Source of the DNA: Mobula hypostoma
Taxonomy: Eukaryota
DNA: 64,000 nt
Reading direction: 5' to 3'
NCBI RefSeq assembly: GCF_963921235.1
Contig: NC_086118.1
Span: 25,546,001-25,610,000, forward strand
Part shown: one piece after another, positions 1 through 12,124 of the stretch
Layout: the number at the start of each line of letters is the position of its first letter
How positions within the stretch are numbered: the stretch's first letter is position 1
Notes under the pieces: generated by a model
What the model was told of the DNA's origin: nothing
The model's input: the letters and a program-made list of their open reading frames with translations, nothing else
The model's database searches: none
Position numbers and translations under genes: made by a program

Positions 1-1030
1 CAATGCTGCCCTCACCCAAACCTCTTCCACTTCGCACACATCTGTTCTCACCCCATCATCCTAGTCATAACAGGGATAGGACTCCCATTGTCCTTACCTA
101 CCACCCACGAGCCTTTATACTTAGCACAGCATTCGCCACAACTTCTGCCACCTCCATCTGAATCCTACCTCTCAGTACTTCTATCCCACACATCCCCTAA
201 TATCCATAGGGATTGCTATATCACTTGTCCACTCATCCCTCCTCACTCATTTTTCTCCTGGCATTTAACCCTGTAAGCATGTGCTACACCTGACCCTACA
301 CCTCCTCCCTCACCAACATTCAGGACCCCCAACATTCCTTCCAGGTGAGGAGATACTTCACCTGACATTCTGTTGGGTTTATTTATTGTATCTAGTGCTC
401 CTTCCTCTGCATTGTTGAGGCCCAATGAAGACTACTTTGTTGAGCACCTTTGTCCTGTCTACCACAAAAGCCAAGATCACCCTGTGGCCACCCATTTCAA
501 TTCAACTTTATTTCCATTTGGCATGCCTGTCCATGGCCGCCTCTACTGCCCTGATGGCTCCAGACTCAAGCTGGAAGAACGGTACCTCATTCCATTTGGG
601 TCACTTTCAACCCAAACAGAATACGAGACATGATCATTGATTTCTCCAACTTTGGGTAATTTCTCTCCCTCCCTACTTCTCTTTCTCTATACCTCATTCT
701 GGCTACCCTCTCACCCCTTTTCTCCTCACCTACCCATCACCCCCTTCCTTTACTTCCATGATACTTCCACGATCCAGTCCTCTTCTATAAGATTCCTTCT
801 TTCAGTTCGTCACCTCTTCCACCTATCCCCTCCCAGCTTATTACTCCATCTCCCCTCAGCTCACTCATCACCTGTCAGTTTTTACTCTTTGCCCCACCTC
901 CACCTTGCTCTGGCTTCCACACCCTTCTTTCAGTTCTGATGAAGGGTCTCCACCTGAAACGTCAGCTGCTCATTCCTCACAGATGCTGCCTGACTTGCCA
1001 AGTTCTTCTGCAGCATTTTTGTGTTTAGCT
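1..1030 (+). mobile_element. Penelope-like element, decayed 3' part (GIY-YIG region, pyrimidine-rich UTR, terminus)
   Basis: Contains TTCCAGGTGAGGAGATACTTCACCTG and CCTGTGGCCACCCATTTCAATTC, homologous to 21030-22286. Ends with a hammerhead motif and the terminus GATGCTGCCTGACTTGC...CAGCATTTTTGTGT. Confidence 0.85.
931..968 (+). ncRNA. Minimal type-I hammerhead ribozyme motif, intact core
   Basis: CAGTT-CTGATGA-AGG(GTCTCCA)CCT-GAAAC-GTC-AGCTG: stem I CAGUU/AGCUG, CUGAUGA core, 3-bp stem II, GAAA, palindromic ACGU stem III, GUC cleavage triplet. Confidence 0.72.
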
Positions 1031-1375
1031 AAAGCTATGATGCTTTCAAGTTCGTCTTTAGACTTTTCTTCATCTACGATGCTCCTTAAAACCCACAAAT
1101 AAGACCATTTGGCCTTGTAATCTATACAAGTTAGTGTACAATATCATTCAGTGATACTTCATGGATGTCCTTAACGCTCTAAAAGGCACTATAGAAAGAT
1201 AACAGCATAACTATTATTAAACACACAATATAAAAAGCTTTATGGTCCTCATTTACCCAATTTCAAAAACTGTACTTGATAGAACTTTAGTAATACAGAA
1301 ATGAAGTTCTCAGTTTCACCTCTAAGCCGATTGATAATTATATCCAACATTCAGAAACAGTAATTTAGAAGCAAT

Positions 1376-1962
1376 AAACATGAGCAAGTCTGCTGATGCT
1401 GAAAGTTCAAAGAGAAATGCACAAAATGTTAGAGGAACTCAGTAGGTCCGTCAGCAACTATGGAAATGAATAAACTTGATATTTTGGGCCAAGACCCTTC
1501 TTCCTGCCTTAAATGGAAGGGGGAAGACGCTAGAATAAAAAAGTGGGATGAGGGAAAGGGGCCTAGCTAGAAGGTGATAGGTGAAGCTAAGAGGGTGGGA
1601 AAGGTAAAGGGCTGGAGAAGGAATCTGATAGATAAGACAAGTGGACTATAGGAAAAAGGGAAGGAGGAGGAAGCCCAGGAGGAAATGAAGGCAGGTGAGA
1701 AGAGATAAAAGGCCTGAGTGGGGAATAGAAAAAGAGAGGGAGGGATTTTTTTTAAAATTATATTTAACCAGGAGAAATCACCTTAAATCAACTCCCAGCT
1801 AAAAAGATGCACACTTAAAGAGAACACTTTAAGTGTCCTGATGAAGGGTCTCAGCCTAAAACGTCAACTGTTTATTCCCATCCATAGATGCTGCCCAACT
1901 TGCTATGCTACTCCAACACTGTGTGCATTGCTCTAGATTTCCAGCCCCGCAGTACCTCTTGT
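1376..1962. mobile_element. Two decayed Penelope termini in opposite orientation (about 1376-1740 minus, about 1836-1962 plus)
   Basis: CTGCTGATGCTGAAAG...GGCCAAGACCCTTC on one side; CCTGATGAAGGGTCTCAGCCTAAAACGTCAACTG...ATAGATGCTGCC on the other. Confidence 0.7.
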
Positions 1963-2297
1963 GCATATGAGCACTTCGACATTTACAGCTTATTACCCGA
2001 CATTTACATGTCAATGTGGCAAACTAGTCTGGACACAGCAAAAGGTTCCAGGACAATAAAAGTCAAATTGTTTGCTTTGAACAACTTAAGTAGAGGACAG
2101 AACCTAAAATAGAGCTTACCCATTCTTTTTACACTACATACTTCCTATCTGCCCTTCTCAAAACTCAGTACTCCCTTGGCATTGCAGCAATACATCAGAC
2201 TGAATAGTAAAGGCTGTATCAGGAATTGAACTGGAACCAAAGTGTAGACACAATACACTGCACAGCATTGATAGGTATGGAAAGTGTGTCACCCTCA

Positions 2298-2414
<117 letters not shown>

Positions 2415-2789
2415 TCAAAACAAAAGCAAATAAGAGTTATGACAATCAAACAGTACCACTACGATACCGCCATGATGGCCCCATTTTCTGCACAATGAAA
2501 TCAGCGAGAGACAGGCTTATTTTTTCAGGCTTTTCAACACAAGAGTAGCTGAGACCCACACCTGACAGAAGCAACATGCAGAAGCAATCAAGTTAATGTT
2601 ACTGACACCAGTTGCAATCTAGCCAGGAAAAGTGAAGCACTTCAAATATCCACAGGAGTTAGACACGAATGCCAAAAGAATGGATTAGGTGGGTTTTTTT
2701 TTAAACTGGAGAAAGATACTTGCGCTGCACTGCTTCCATTATACAACTGGCATAGGATTTGATAATCAATGGAAAACTTAGATTTTATT

Positions 2790-3022
2790 TCTTGATTGTG
2801 TGATACAGCATAGTATCAGGCCCTTCTGGCCCAATGAGCCTGTGTTACCTGACTAATTAACCATTAGCCTGAACATCTTTGGAATGTGGGAGGAAACAAG
2901 AGCACCTAGAGGAAACCCATGTGGTCATGGAGGGAACGTACAAACTCCTTATAATCAGAGGCAGAATTGAACCCAGGGTCACTAGTGCTCTAATAGCATT
3001 CTGCTACACTACTGCACTGCCC
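2790..3022 (-). mobile_element. tRNA-derived SINE (HE1/V-SINE-like)
   Basis: Core TTGGAATGTGGGAGGAAAC..GAGCACC..GAGGAAACCCATGTGGTCA..GAACGTACAAACTCC. Related copies at about 31550-31850 (-), 36900-37200 (+), 50620-50760 (-) and 60222-60470 (+). Confidence 0.7.
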
Positions 3023-3164
3023 ATCTGGTAAAGATTTTCTTTCTAATTACATACAGATTGTCCTGCATTGCTTTGAACTATTGAAACATTCCATGATTTT
3101 AATTTTTCACAAGCCAACACCACAGATTTGCTTGTGAATTGAAACCGTGACCCAAGTCCTTCCA

Positions 3165-4085
3165 ACTTGCTTCTGGGTACGTAAACTCTTCTTGGGTTTC
3201 CAGCCGAGTCCAGGTGTCGATTTTAACCAACGTTTCAATGACAAACTCCGCCATCATCATAGATGATGCCTACTCATGCCTGGTCCAGTAGTATATATAC
3301 TCAAACAAGTCGTCCATCCCTCCTGATTGGCAAGTCCTCAACCAATCAGGTTTCTACTGTCCTATCTTGTTTAAAATCATATTTCAGTTCTTACTTAGAG
3401 CAAGACCTTCATCTTTGTTGAAACTAAATTCTCTATTCATATTTTAATGGCTTCCTTCACCAGGAAGTCCCAAAAAGCATTAGTTTTGTGCCAAAGTCAA
3501 TCCTGTGGTCACTGCACGTGCAGTGTTCTACCACCACCAATATGTCCTGATACACCTCCTGTGTTCTTTGAAGCAGATTTCCACCGTGCACCCCGTCTGG
3601 CCAATATTTGCTAACCCACATTCACAGGGAATCCTGTAAACACCAGCTATCCGGAGTCCCAGGTCATTTTTAACCCACATAGACTGGAATTTGAGCTTCC
3701 TTACGGGTTTGTGGATGGTATTTATCCTTCATTTCTTCAGGATCCTGGCAATCCCTTCGAAAACTACTGTACTGTGCCAATGGCCTGGTGAAGGAAGCCA
3801 CTAAAATAAGACTAGAGAATAATTTCAGAGATGAAGGTCTTGCTGTAAGAACTGGAATAAGGTTTTGAACAAGGTGGGACAGTGGAAACCTGATTCATTG
3901 AGGACTAGCTAATCATGAGGGACAGACGATGGGAGATAAGTATATATACCACTGGACTAGACATGCCTGGGTATCATCCCTGATGAAGCTGGCAGAGTGC
4001 TGTCACTGAAATGCAGGTTAAAATTGACAACCAGACTTGGCTGGAAGCCTAAGAGTTTATGAGTCTCTCACTGGGAAAGCACTGG
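3165..4085. mobile_element. Second Penelope-like family: GIY-YIG fragment on minus (about 3165-3765) joined to an inverted copy of its own 3' end (about 3770-4085, plus)
   Basis: Minus-strand translation of about 3545-3665: DLGLRIAGVYRIPCECGLANIGQTGCTVEICFKEHRRCI (GIY-YIG signature). About 3185-3470 is the diverged reverse complement of about 3780-4060. Confidence 0.8.
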
Positions 4086-4654
4086 ATCCTTTTTCTCCCC
4101 CCCCAGAAAACCCATGGAAAGTTCACAGAAAATCCACTCAAACACTTGTCCGAGTCCGACAGCTGTATCCAAAAAGTCCGAAGTAGTTGTTTCAGGTCTA
4201 GCTGGGACAGCGGTGAACTGGAGAGACTACAACTTTTTGGTAAACTTGGATTATGAATCCCGGTTGCATGCGCCTGAAATCTGGAGCATTCTGAAAAACT
4301 AAGTCAAGAGGAGACAGTCACCAAAAGAAATGTTTACCGAAGATGAGCACAATTTCACCAGTTCTCACAAAGGTTATATTTCAAGCTATCAGTAAAGTTT
4401 TAAACCAAGTTATCACCTTTGCCACCACTCCATCCCTAGACATGTTCACACTTGTTTCATAACCAAAGTTTATTCGAGAGATTAATTAGAGCTAAAGTAA
4501 GCACTGATTCAGTTTCCAAATCAAGATAGCATTCAACAATTTAAAACTATTCTGTCACATCCAGTAATTGTTGTAGGTAGAATGCATGCCCATAGCATTA
4601 TTAACCAAAGATAGCCCAGGTACTCCATGTATACAAACAGTAGTGATGACCATT

Positions 4655-4990
4655 TATAAGACTAAGATAAAGGTGTATAATTAGGCCATTTGGCCCATTG
4701 AGTCTGCTCCACTGTTTCATCATGGCTGATCCATTTTTCCTCTCAGCCCCAATCTCCCACCTTCTCCCCATATTCCTTCATGCCAAGCAATCAAAAACCT
4801 ATCAACTTCTGCCTTAAATATACATAAAAACTTGCTCATCCACAGATGACTGTGGCATCAGATTCCACAGATTCACCACCCTCTGGCTAAAGAAATTCCT
4901 CATCACCATTCTAAAAGGATGCTCCTCTATTCTGAGACTGGGCCCTCCAGTCCTAGACTCTCCCACCATAGGAAACATCCTCTCCACTCG
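4655..4990 (-). mobile_element. CR1 LINE 3' fragment
   Basis: Reverse complement of the CR1 3' ends at 26000-26360 and 12650-12952 (GATTCCACAGATTCACCACCCTCTGGCTAAAGAAATTCCTC). Confidence 0.8.
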
Positions 4991-5109
4991 ATGATTTTAC
5001 TGGTATTGTTTCCTGCAGAACTCATGGCATTACTTTTACTGGCAAATTCAGCCCTGCCCTCATTTTCACAGTCAATGGCTGACTCTCCTTTTCTGTATTT
5101 CTGTCTACT

Positions 5110-5605
5110 TCTCAGGAGAGAGTCTAGCTACCAACTTCTAGTACAAGCTTGCTGACTCCTACACAACTCATGCTCTACAACATTGACCCAGTTCTTCCAC
5201 ATGCTACATGACAAGATTTTCCATACAACAGCCTCAGAAATCTTTCTGAACCACAGCTTCCCCTTGATCACTGACATTTCATCATTTCTCAGGCTTCTCC
5301 TTCCACCACCACTCCTCTGGGATGGAACAACAGGCCTTCCAGTCCTCTCCTTCTACCCGACTACCTCTGCATTCAAATTATCTGCTATTTCAGCCATCTT
5401 CAAAAGGGATTTCACTAGTAGATACATCTCCTTGCCCCTCCGCCTCCCCTTTTCAGGTTGTCACAGGGGCCATTCCCTATACAACTTTCTGGTTTATTCT
5501 TGCATCCCCATGTTACAGCACTTTCCCTTGCAAATTCAAGCGATACAATGTTTGCTTCTTCACCACTTCCAGTCCCTGAATCCAGAGACCCAAATGGTCT
5601 TTCCA
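5110..5605 (+). mobile_element. Old Penelope-like fragment, interrupted by a CR1 and resuming at 7488 (to about 8200)
   Basis: CCCAAATGGTCTTTCCA | TTTCCAGGTGAACCAGAAATTCATTTGCAC rebuilds the motif seen intact near 21626-21660. Confidence 0.65.
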
Positions 5606-7487
5606 TTATATATAGGAACATAGGGTAGCAAGAAAGCAGCTTAAGAAGGGGTTGAGAAGAGCAAAGGGGCATGAGAAGGCCTTGGCAAGTAGGGTAAAGG
5701 AAAACCCCAAGGCATTCTTCAATTATGTGAAGAACAAAAGGATGACAGGAGTGAACATAGGACCGATTAGAGATAAACGTGGGAAGATGTGCCGAGAGGC
5801 TGTGGAAGTGAGCGAGGTTCTCAATGAATACTTCTCTTCGGTATTCACCAGTGAGAGGGAACTTGATGATGGTGAGGACAAAATGAGTGAGGTTGATGTT
5901 CTGGAGCATGTTGATATTAAGGGAGAGGAAGTGTTGGGAGTTGTTAAAATACATTAGGACAGATAAGTCCCTACGGCCCGACAGAATATTCCCCAGGCTG
6001 CTCCACGAGGCGAGGGAAGAGATTGCTGAACCTCTGGCTAGGATCTTTATGTCCTCATTGTCCACGGGAATGGTACCGGAAGATTGGAGGGAGGCGAATG
6101 TTGTCCCCTTGTTCAAAAAAGGTAGTAAGGATAGTCCGGGTATTATAGACCAGTGAGCCTTGCGTCTGTGGTGGGAAAGCTGTTGGAAAAGGTTCTTAGA
6201 GATAGGATCTATAGGCATTTAGAGAATCATGGTCTGATCAGGGACAATCAGCATGGCTTTGTGAAGGGCAGATCATGTCTAACAAGCCTGATAGAGTTCT
6301 TTGAGATGGTGACCAGGCATATAGATGAGGGTAGTGCAGTTGATGTGATCTACATGGATTTTAGTAAGGCATTTGACAAGGTTCTACAAGGTAGGCTTAT
6401 TCAGAAAGTTAGAAGGCATGGGATCCAAGGAAGTTTGGCCAGGTGGATTCAGAATTGGCTTGCCTGCAGAAGGCAGAGGGTCATGGTGGAGGGAGTACAT
6501 TCGGATTGGAGGATTGTGACTAGTGGTGTCCCACAAGGATCAGTTCTGGGACCTCTACTTTTCATGATTTTTATTAATGACCTGGATGTGGGGGTAGAAG
6601 GGCAGGTTGGCAAGTTTGCAGACAACACAAAGGTTGGTGGTGTTGTAGATGGTGTAGAGGATTGTTGAAGATTGCAGAGAGACATTGATAGGATGCAGAA
6701 GTGGGCTGAGAAGTGGCAGATGGAGTTCAACCCGGAGAAGTGTGAGGTGGTACACTTTGGAAGGACAAACTCCAAGAGAGAGTACAAAGTAAATGGCAGG
6801 ATACTTGGTAGTGTGGAGGAGCAGAGGGATCTTGGGGTACATGTCCACAGATCCCTGAAAGTTGCCTCACAGGTGGATAGGGTAGTTAAGAAAGCTTATG
6901 GTGTTAGCTTTCATAAGTCGAGGGATAGAGTTTAAGAGTCGCGATGTAATGATGCAGCTCTATAAAACTCTGGTTAGGCCACACTTGGAGTACTGTGTCC
7001 AGTTCTGGTCACCTCACTATAGGAAGGATGTGGAAGCATTGGAAAGGGTACAGAGGAGATTTACCAGGACACTGCCTGATTTAGAGAGTATAGATTATGA
7101 TCAGAGATTAAGGGAGCTAGGGCTTTACTCTTTTGAGAGAAGGATGAGAGGAGACATGATAGAGGTGTACAAGAGGAATAGATAGAGTGGATATCCATTG
7201 CCTCTTCCCCAGAGCACCACTGCTCAATACAAGAGGACATGGCTTTAAGGTAAGGGGTGGGAAGTTCAAGGGGGATATTAGAGGAAGGTTTTTTACTCAG
7301 AGAGTGGTTGGTGCGTGGAATGCACTGCCTGAGTCAGTGGTGGAGGCAGATACACTAGTGAAATTTAGGAGACTACTAGACAGGTATATGGAGGAATTTA
7401 AGGTGGGGGGTTATATGGGAGGCAGGGTTTGAGGGTCAGCACAACATTGTGGGCCGAAGGGCCTGTATTGTGCTGTACTATTCTTTG
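5606..7487 (+). mobile_element. 5'-truncated CR1 LINE (ORF2 reverse transcriptase, lightly frameshifted) with TTTCCA target-site duplication
   Basis: ORF pieces: [80 protein letters not shown] at 5600-5605 and 7488-7493. Confidence 0.95.
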
Positions 7488-8528
7488 TTTCCAGGTGAAC
7501 CAGAAATTCATTTGCACTTCTAATCCAGTGTACATTTGGCATTCACAATGTGGTTTATTAGTTTGAATGATCGCATTACAAAGCTCCTGGGTTCACTCCA
7601 TAGGCATGCCCCTGAGCTTCCTGTAGGCTGCCTCTTATTCCCCACCCCACTGATCTGTCAGCCTGTGGCCTACTGTGTCGGGTCTAGTCCAGTACATGTT
7701 TTAGGAACAGCACCTCATCTCCTATTTAGAAACGTTGCAGACTTCTAGTGTTGCACAACTTCAGGGATCACAACTGTATGCCTCAGTCATCCAGTTGTGA
7801 TATTAGCTCGACTGTTTCCCAGCAATTCCCTCCCTCCCTGCCCCCCCCGCCCCCCACAACCTGCCATTTTCCCCACTATCAGTGAAGGAGATGCATGAAC
7901 TTCTGAGCATTTCTTCCATCTCTGAATTTCAGATTTTTCTGTCTATGATTGCACTCTAACCACTCCTATTCACTCATCAACTTGATATCCTTACTCATAT
8001 CCAATCCCAATAATCTCTCTGGTTTTACCTTAAGGCATCTTTCTCCCCCACCCTCCCTGCAGCTTCACAGAGTTCTGTCTCCTTTATAGTTGTAATGAAG
8101 GGTCTCTATGATTCTGTTTCTCTGCCTAAAGATATGGCCTGACTTGCTAATAGCCAGCATTTGGCTTTTGTTTTAAATTACCAGCATCTGCAGTTTGATT
8201 TTTCATGTAATAAATACCCTTCCCTCCCCACTGGGAAGCAATGATGAGGAACACAATGTTTGACTTTTAGCAGTTACATAAAATTGCAAACCTAAGGAGT
8301 TCTTTTACCTATACTTGCTGCGCAAGATTAGCAGAAAACATTTAGCTCACTACATGAAAGTCACAAGCTGCTCAATAATGCTTTCAAGCTAGGTCAAATC
8401 TGATCATTTTCCTGCCACTTTTTTCACTTCAACTCCATTTCCTCCCATTAAGGAAATCCTTTCACCTTCACTAAAAGCCATTGTTTATGCTTACAACTGC
8501 AAGCTCTAAATGATTTCAGTTTGATATT

Positions 8529-8626
8529 CAAACACAAGGAAATCTGCAGATGCTGGAAATTCAAGCAACACACACAAAAAATGCTGGTGAACGCAGCAGG
8601 CCAGGCAGCATTTTTTGTGTGTTGCG
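8529..8626. mobile_element. Tiny fold-back Penelope-terminus insertion
   Basis: Arms GCAACACACACAAAAAATGCTG / CAGCATTTTTTGTGTGTTGC. Flanks TCAGTTTGATATT (8516-8528) and TCAGTTTAATACT (8627-8639). Confidence 0.75.
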
Positions 8627-11600
8627 TCAGTTTAATACTGCTGAGCACTTGATTGACAATTCCAAGCTGGCAGGGATGCCTAAATTTCAAAGGCATCAGT
8701 TAATGGGGCAAAGGTTTAAAGGTGATCCAATGAGCAAATCTTCCACACAAAAAAAGTCGGTACCTGCTAGAAACAGTAATAGTAAAAACTTCGAGGCACC
8801 TGAACAGGTATGTGAACCAACAGAACAGAGAATATGAAATTAATGAAGGCAAATGGGATTAATGATGGGCATGATGGTCAAGGTGGGCTAGAGAGCATCT
8901 TACAACTTATCGATTGCACCCCAATAGAAAATATTTTCCATATAATTACTGTTAATATGTAAATTGGTTTTCCAATGAAATATTAAAAACATCCAAATAA
9001 CAGGACAGCTCAGAGCTTCTGTTAAATAAAACAATTTGTTTAAAATCAAAAATTTCTATTTGCAATTTCCAAAGTTATATCAATATGCAACTACGCTTTA
9101 CCTATAGATTTTTTTTTTAAACTGATTAATCTGTTTTTCTGAACATAGTTGTTTATAGACAGGTAAGTTGATAATTACTGTTCGCAGCAATAACTCAGCT
9201 AGGTTTTGATAGAAGACCAGTTGAATTAACTATTACTTACATCCTGCATATACACGAGTAAAAATCTTTATGTTACATCTCAGTTTGAATGTGCAATTTA
9301 TAATAACCAGTTAAATGCAACTGTTTAAACAAACAAGATTTTGGAATCTGTTTTCCATCCAAAGTAATTGTTTTTCTTGCATATTTTAGTTTTCCCATAT
9401 GTATTTTATCAACTAGCAAAATACTGGAATAGTATGTGGGAGAAGCAGAGCCCAAGTGGAACCTGCATTCTTTTATGATATACTGGAATCAGAGCCTTTA
9501 TACCTTGTAGATTATGATGACTATAATGCAAACATTGCTTTGGGAAATTTTCTATCAACTTCACATGTTAGTCATCAAACTATTTGAAATTAATTCTAAG
9601 TTTAATTGATGGCAACATTTGGCAATCCATTAAACTGTGAATTCATTTATAGCAGTTTGGTTTTGATAATAAGAGTCTTTTGTGAAAATTTACATCTGGA
9701 AAATAGTGCACAAATCACCTTCTGGCATTAGCAACAGAAAGGAAATTCAGAATAACTTGGCATGGTTGTAGATTACACTGCATAATTTTGATCACAAGAT
9801 AAATGAAGCCGTAGTCTGCATATTTTTCACGATGATTTAATTTCTTCAGTGGTACCTACATCAATTTCAATAGTTCCATAAAGCTAAATTTTGGCCAGGA
9901 TTAACACATTGGAAATAATGAAAGCAATATACAAGGTTACCACTTAACAGGTCAGACAGAATGTGTGAAAAGAAAAAACATTTGAGATGTGATTTCAGAG
10001 ATGAAACTATCAACTCCCTTTTGATCTCCACACATTGCCTAACTTAAGTATTTCCAGCATTTTCTGTATTCATTACTATGTCAGCCCATATCTAAATACT
10101 AACACAAATAATAGGATAATTAGATTAAGTTTAAGATATTCCTGGCTATTTGGCAGTAGAGCACAAGGTACATTGAGATCCTTCATACCACAGAGCTCCC
10201 ATAGGCTGCTATTTAGATCTGCACAGCATTGTCGAGAACATTCCCACTCGTCTGAGAACACCATAAACAGGAAACAAGATCATTGTTTGTACTCTGACTT
10301 CTATCAACCCTCATGTTTTCAAAAACTGTTCAAAGATATTTCTCACTTCAATACTCCCCACCGGAACACTAAACAGAGGCTTAAAAAAAAATTACATCTT
10401 CAATGAATTAAGCAGCTTTGAGTGTTTCAGTGACATAACAACAACCTTGCATTCAACTAGTACACTATGATCTGGAATTCTGCATTTATTTCACTGAAGT
10501 TACAATTGGTTTTAATAGTAGTTGAAACTGCACTTGACCTTTGTCATGTATTTTCAAATCTCAATTATCAAAACAGTTGGTCTGTAGCTGGACCTTGAGC
10601 CTCAATCTGGTCTTCAACCAAAAAAAGCCACCTTGCATCTATTGGACTACCCAAAATATCATCATGCTTTGCTGTTACCTCATGGCAATTCATTTTGCCT
10701 TCCCATACCTACGCTGAAACCAAAATAACCTTGAGCAACCTTGAGATTACATCACATCTAAAGTACAAATCTGTGTAATACACAAGTTTTTCAGATTCAC
10801 TTAATTACTAGAGGGTAATAAATTCAGCACGTAATTTTATTTCAATTAAAGAAATTCCTGATCTTGAGATGCAGATTTTTCTGGACAGATTACATTAGAG
10901 CCAATATATTAAAATGAATGAGAACCTTTCTTTTCATCATTGCTGGTAGACAGGGTGAAGTTTAAGTGTCTGGGAAGAGGGAGGGAGTGTGCACTTCAGT
11001 CAATCTCGAGTAAGGAACAATTGCAGTGGAGCAAAGCTGCTACTTGAATTGCACAGCTGATTATGTAACAAGTCTTTAAGCTCTCTGAAGTCTGGCAAAT
11101 ATAATGGATGCAGCTACCTGATATTATAATTTTTTAAAGCAGAAGATGAATTTCAAAATCAAATTTGGGCAAGTTATCTGGGAGAACAGATGTCCTTCTC
11201 ATGCAATTTCTTAGCATGCTGTTTGACAAATATTTAGTGCATTCAGATTCACATTTCTGAACAAGAAAATGTTCCAGTTCTTGTATTCTCCACAAACAAG
11301 TTTTCTTTAAAAAGGATGCAAGGTCTTTGAAAGGCATTGAGAAGCAACTTCTAAAAGTTGAAATCAAATTCCTGACATATTGCAGTAGAGACTACTTTCC
11401 ATACATTGTTTTGCTTAGAGAGGAATTTTAGGTTCCTGCTTTCAATTATAAGACATTAAAAAGTTTACTGTTAAGAACCCCAGACATGTCCCTAAATCTG
11501 TTATAGACCTCATACTGTTCGATAAAGATACATTCAATAATTATTATACTGGAAAATTCCAGTCCCCTGCAAAGTAAATTACATGCCTCAAACACGTGTG

Positions 11601-12103
11601 AACCGATTTAAAAGTTAGTATAACATTAAAATTCACCAAGAGCTAAATGCCAAGACTACTGATGAGATAAATCAAAGAGCAGAAAAATAAACCCGATACA
11701 TTTGAATAACCATCTTAGGAGATCATAACCTCAAACACAATGTCTGAAATCTAAAGAATGGTGGCTTTAAAGTGATTACATTCCATACAATGTTGAGTAA
11801 AACAGGATGAAAGCAAAGCTGGAGACAGTTTTCATTTGATAAGTGCCTTGGAAACAGGGAAGCAATTCTGTAATGAAGCAAAGTAGGACTGCTTTAGCTT
11901 CAGCAGAGAAAGTGAAATCATGCAAAGCAAGAGGCAAGACATGATCAAGCATTGATGCTATTGCTTGTTGCAGTGAAAGGAGGTAAAATACTTCGTCTTC
12001 TGCAAACAAACCAATAGCATCCTGTTTCTTATGCCCATTGTGAGATTAAATGTGAACATTCCTTAATCACAATAACAGGGACTTAAAACTACATGCTACT
12101 CAC

Positions 12104-12124
12104 ATACAACATTGAAGTTCCACT
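12104..12124 (-). CDS. MYH10: MYH10 second loop-1 microexon (21 nt): SGTSMLY
   Basis: TCACTAAC...TTTCTGCCCATTGACTACAG|AGTGGAACTTCAATGTTGTAT|GTGAGT. Phase 0-0, and resembles the SGSLLY extension of the 16-aa II-B insert known from tetrapods. Confidence 0.82.

Noticed and set aside
5415..6218. Longest ORF (267 aa, minus)
   Set aside because: Antisense frame of CR1 ORF2 running into a Penelope relic; no independent protein signal.
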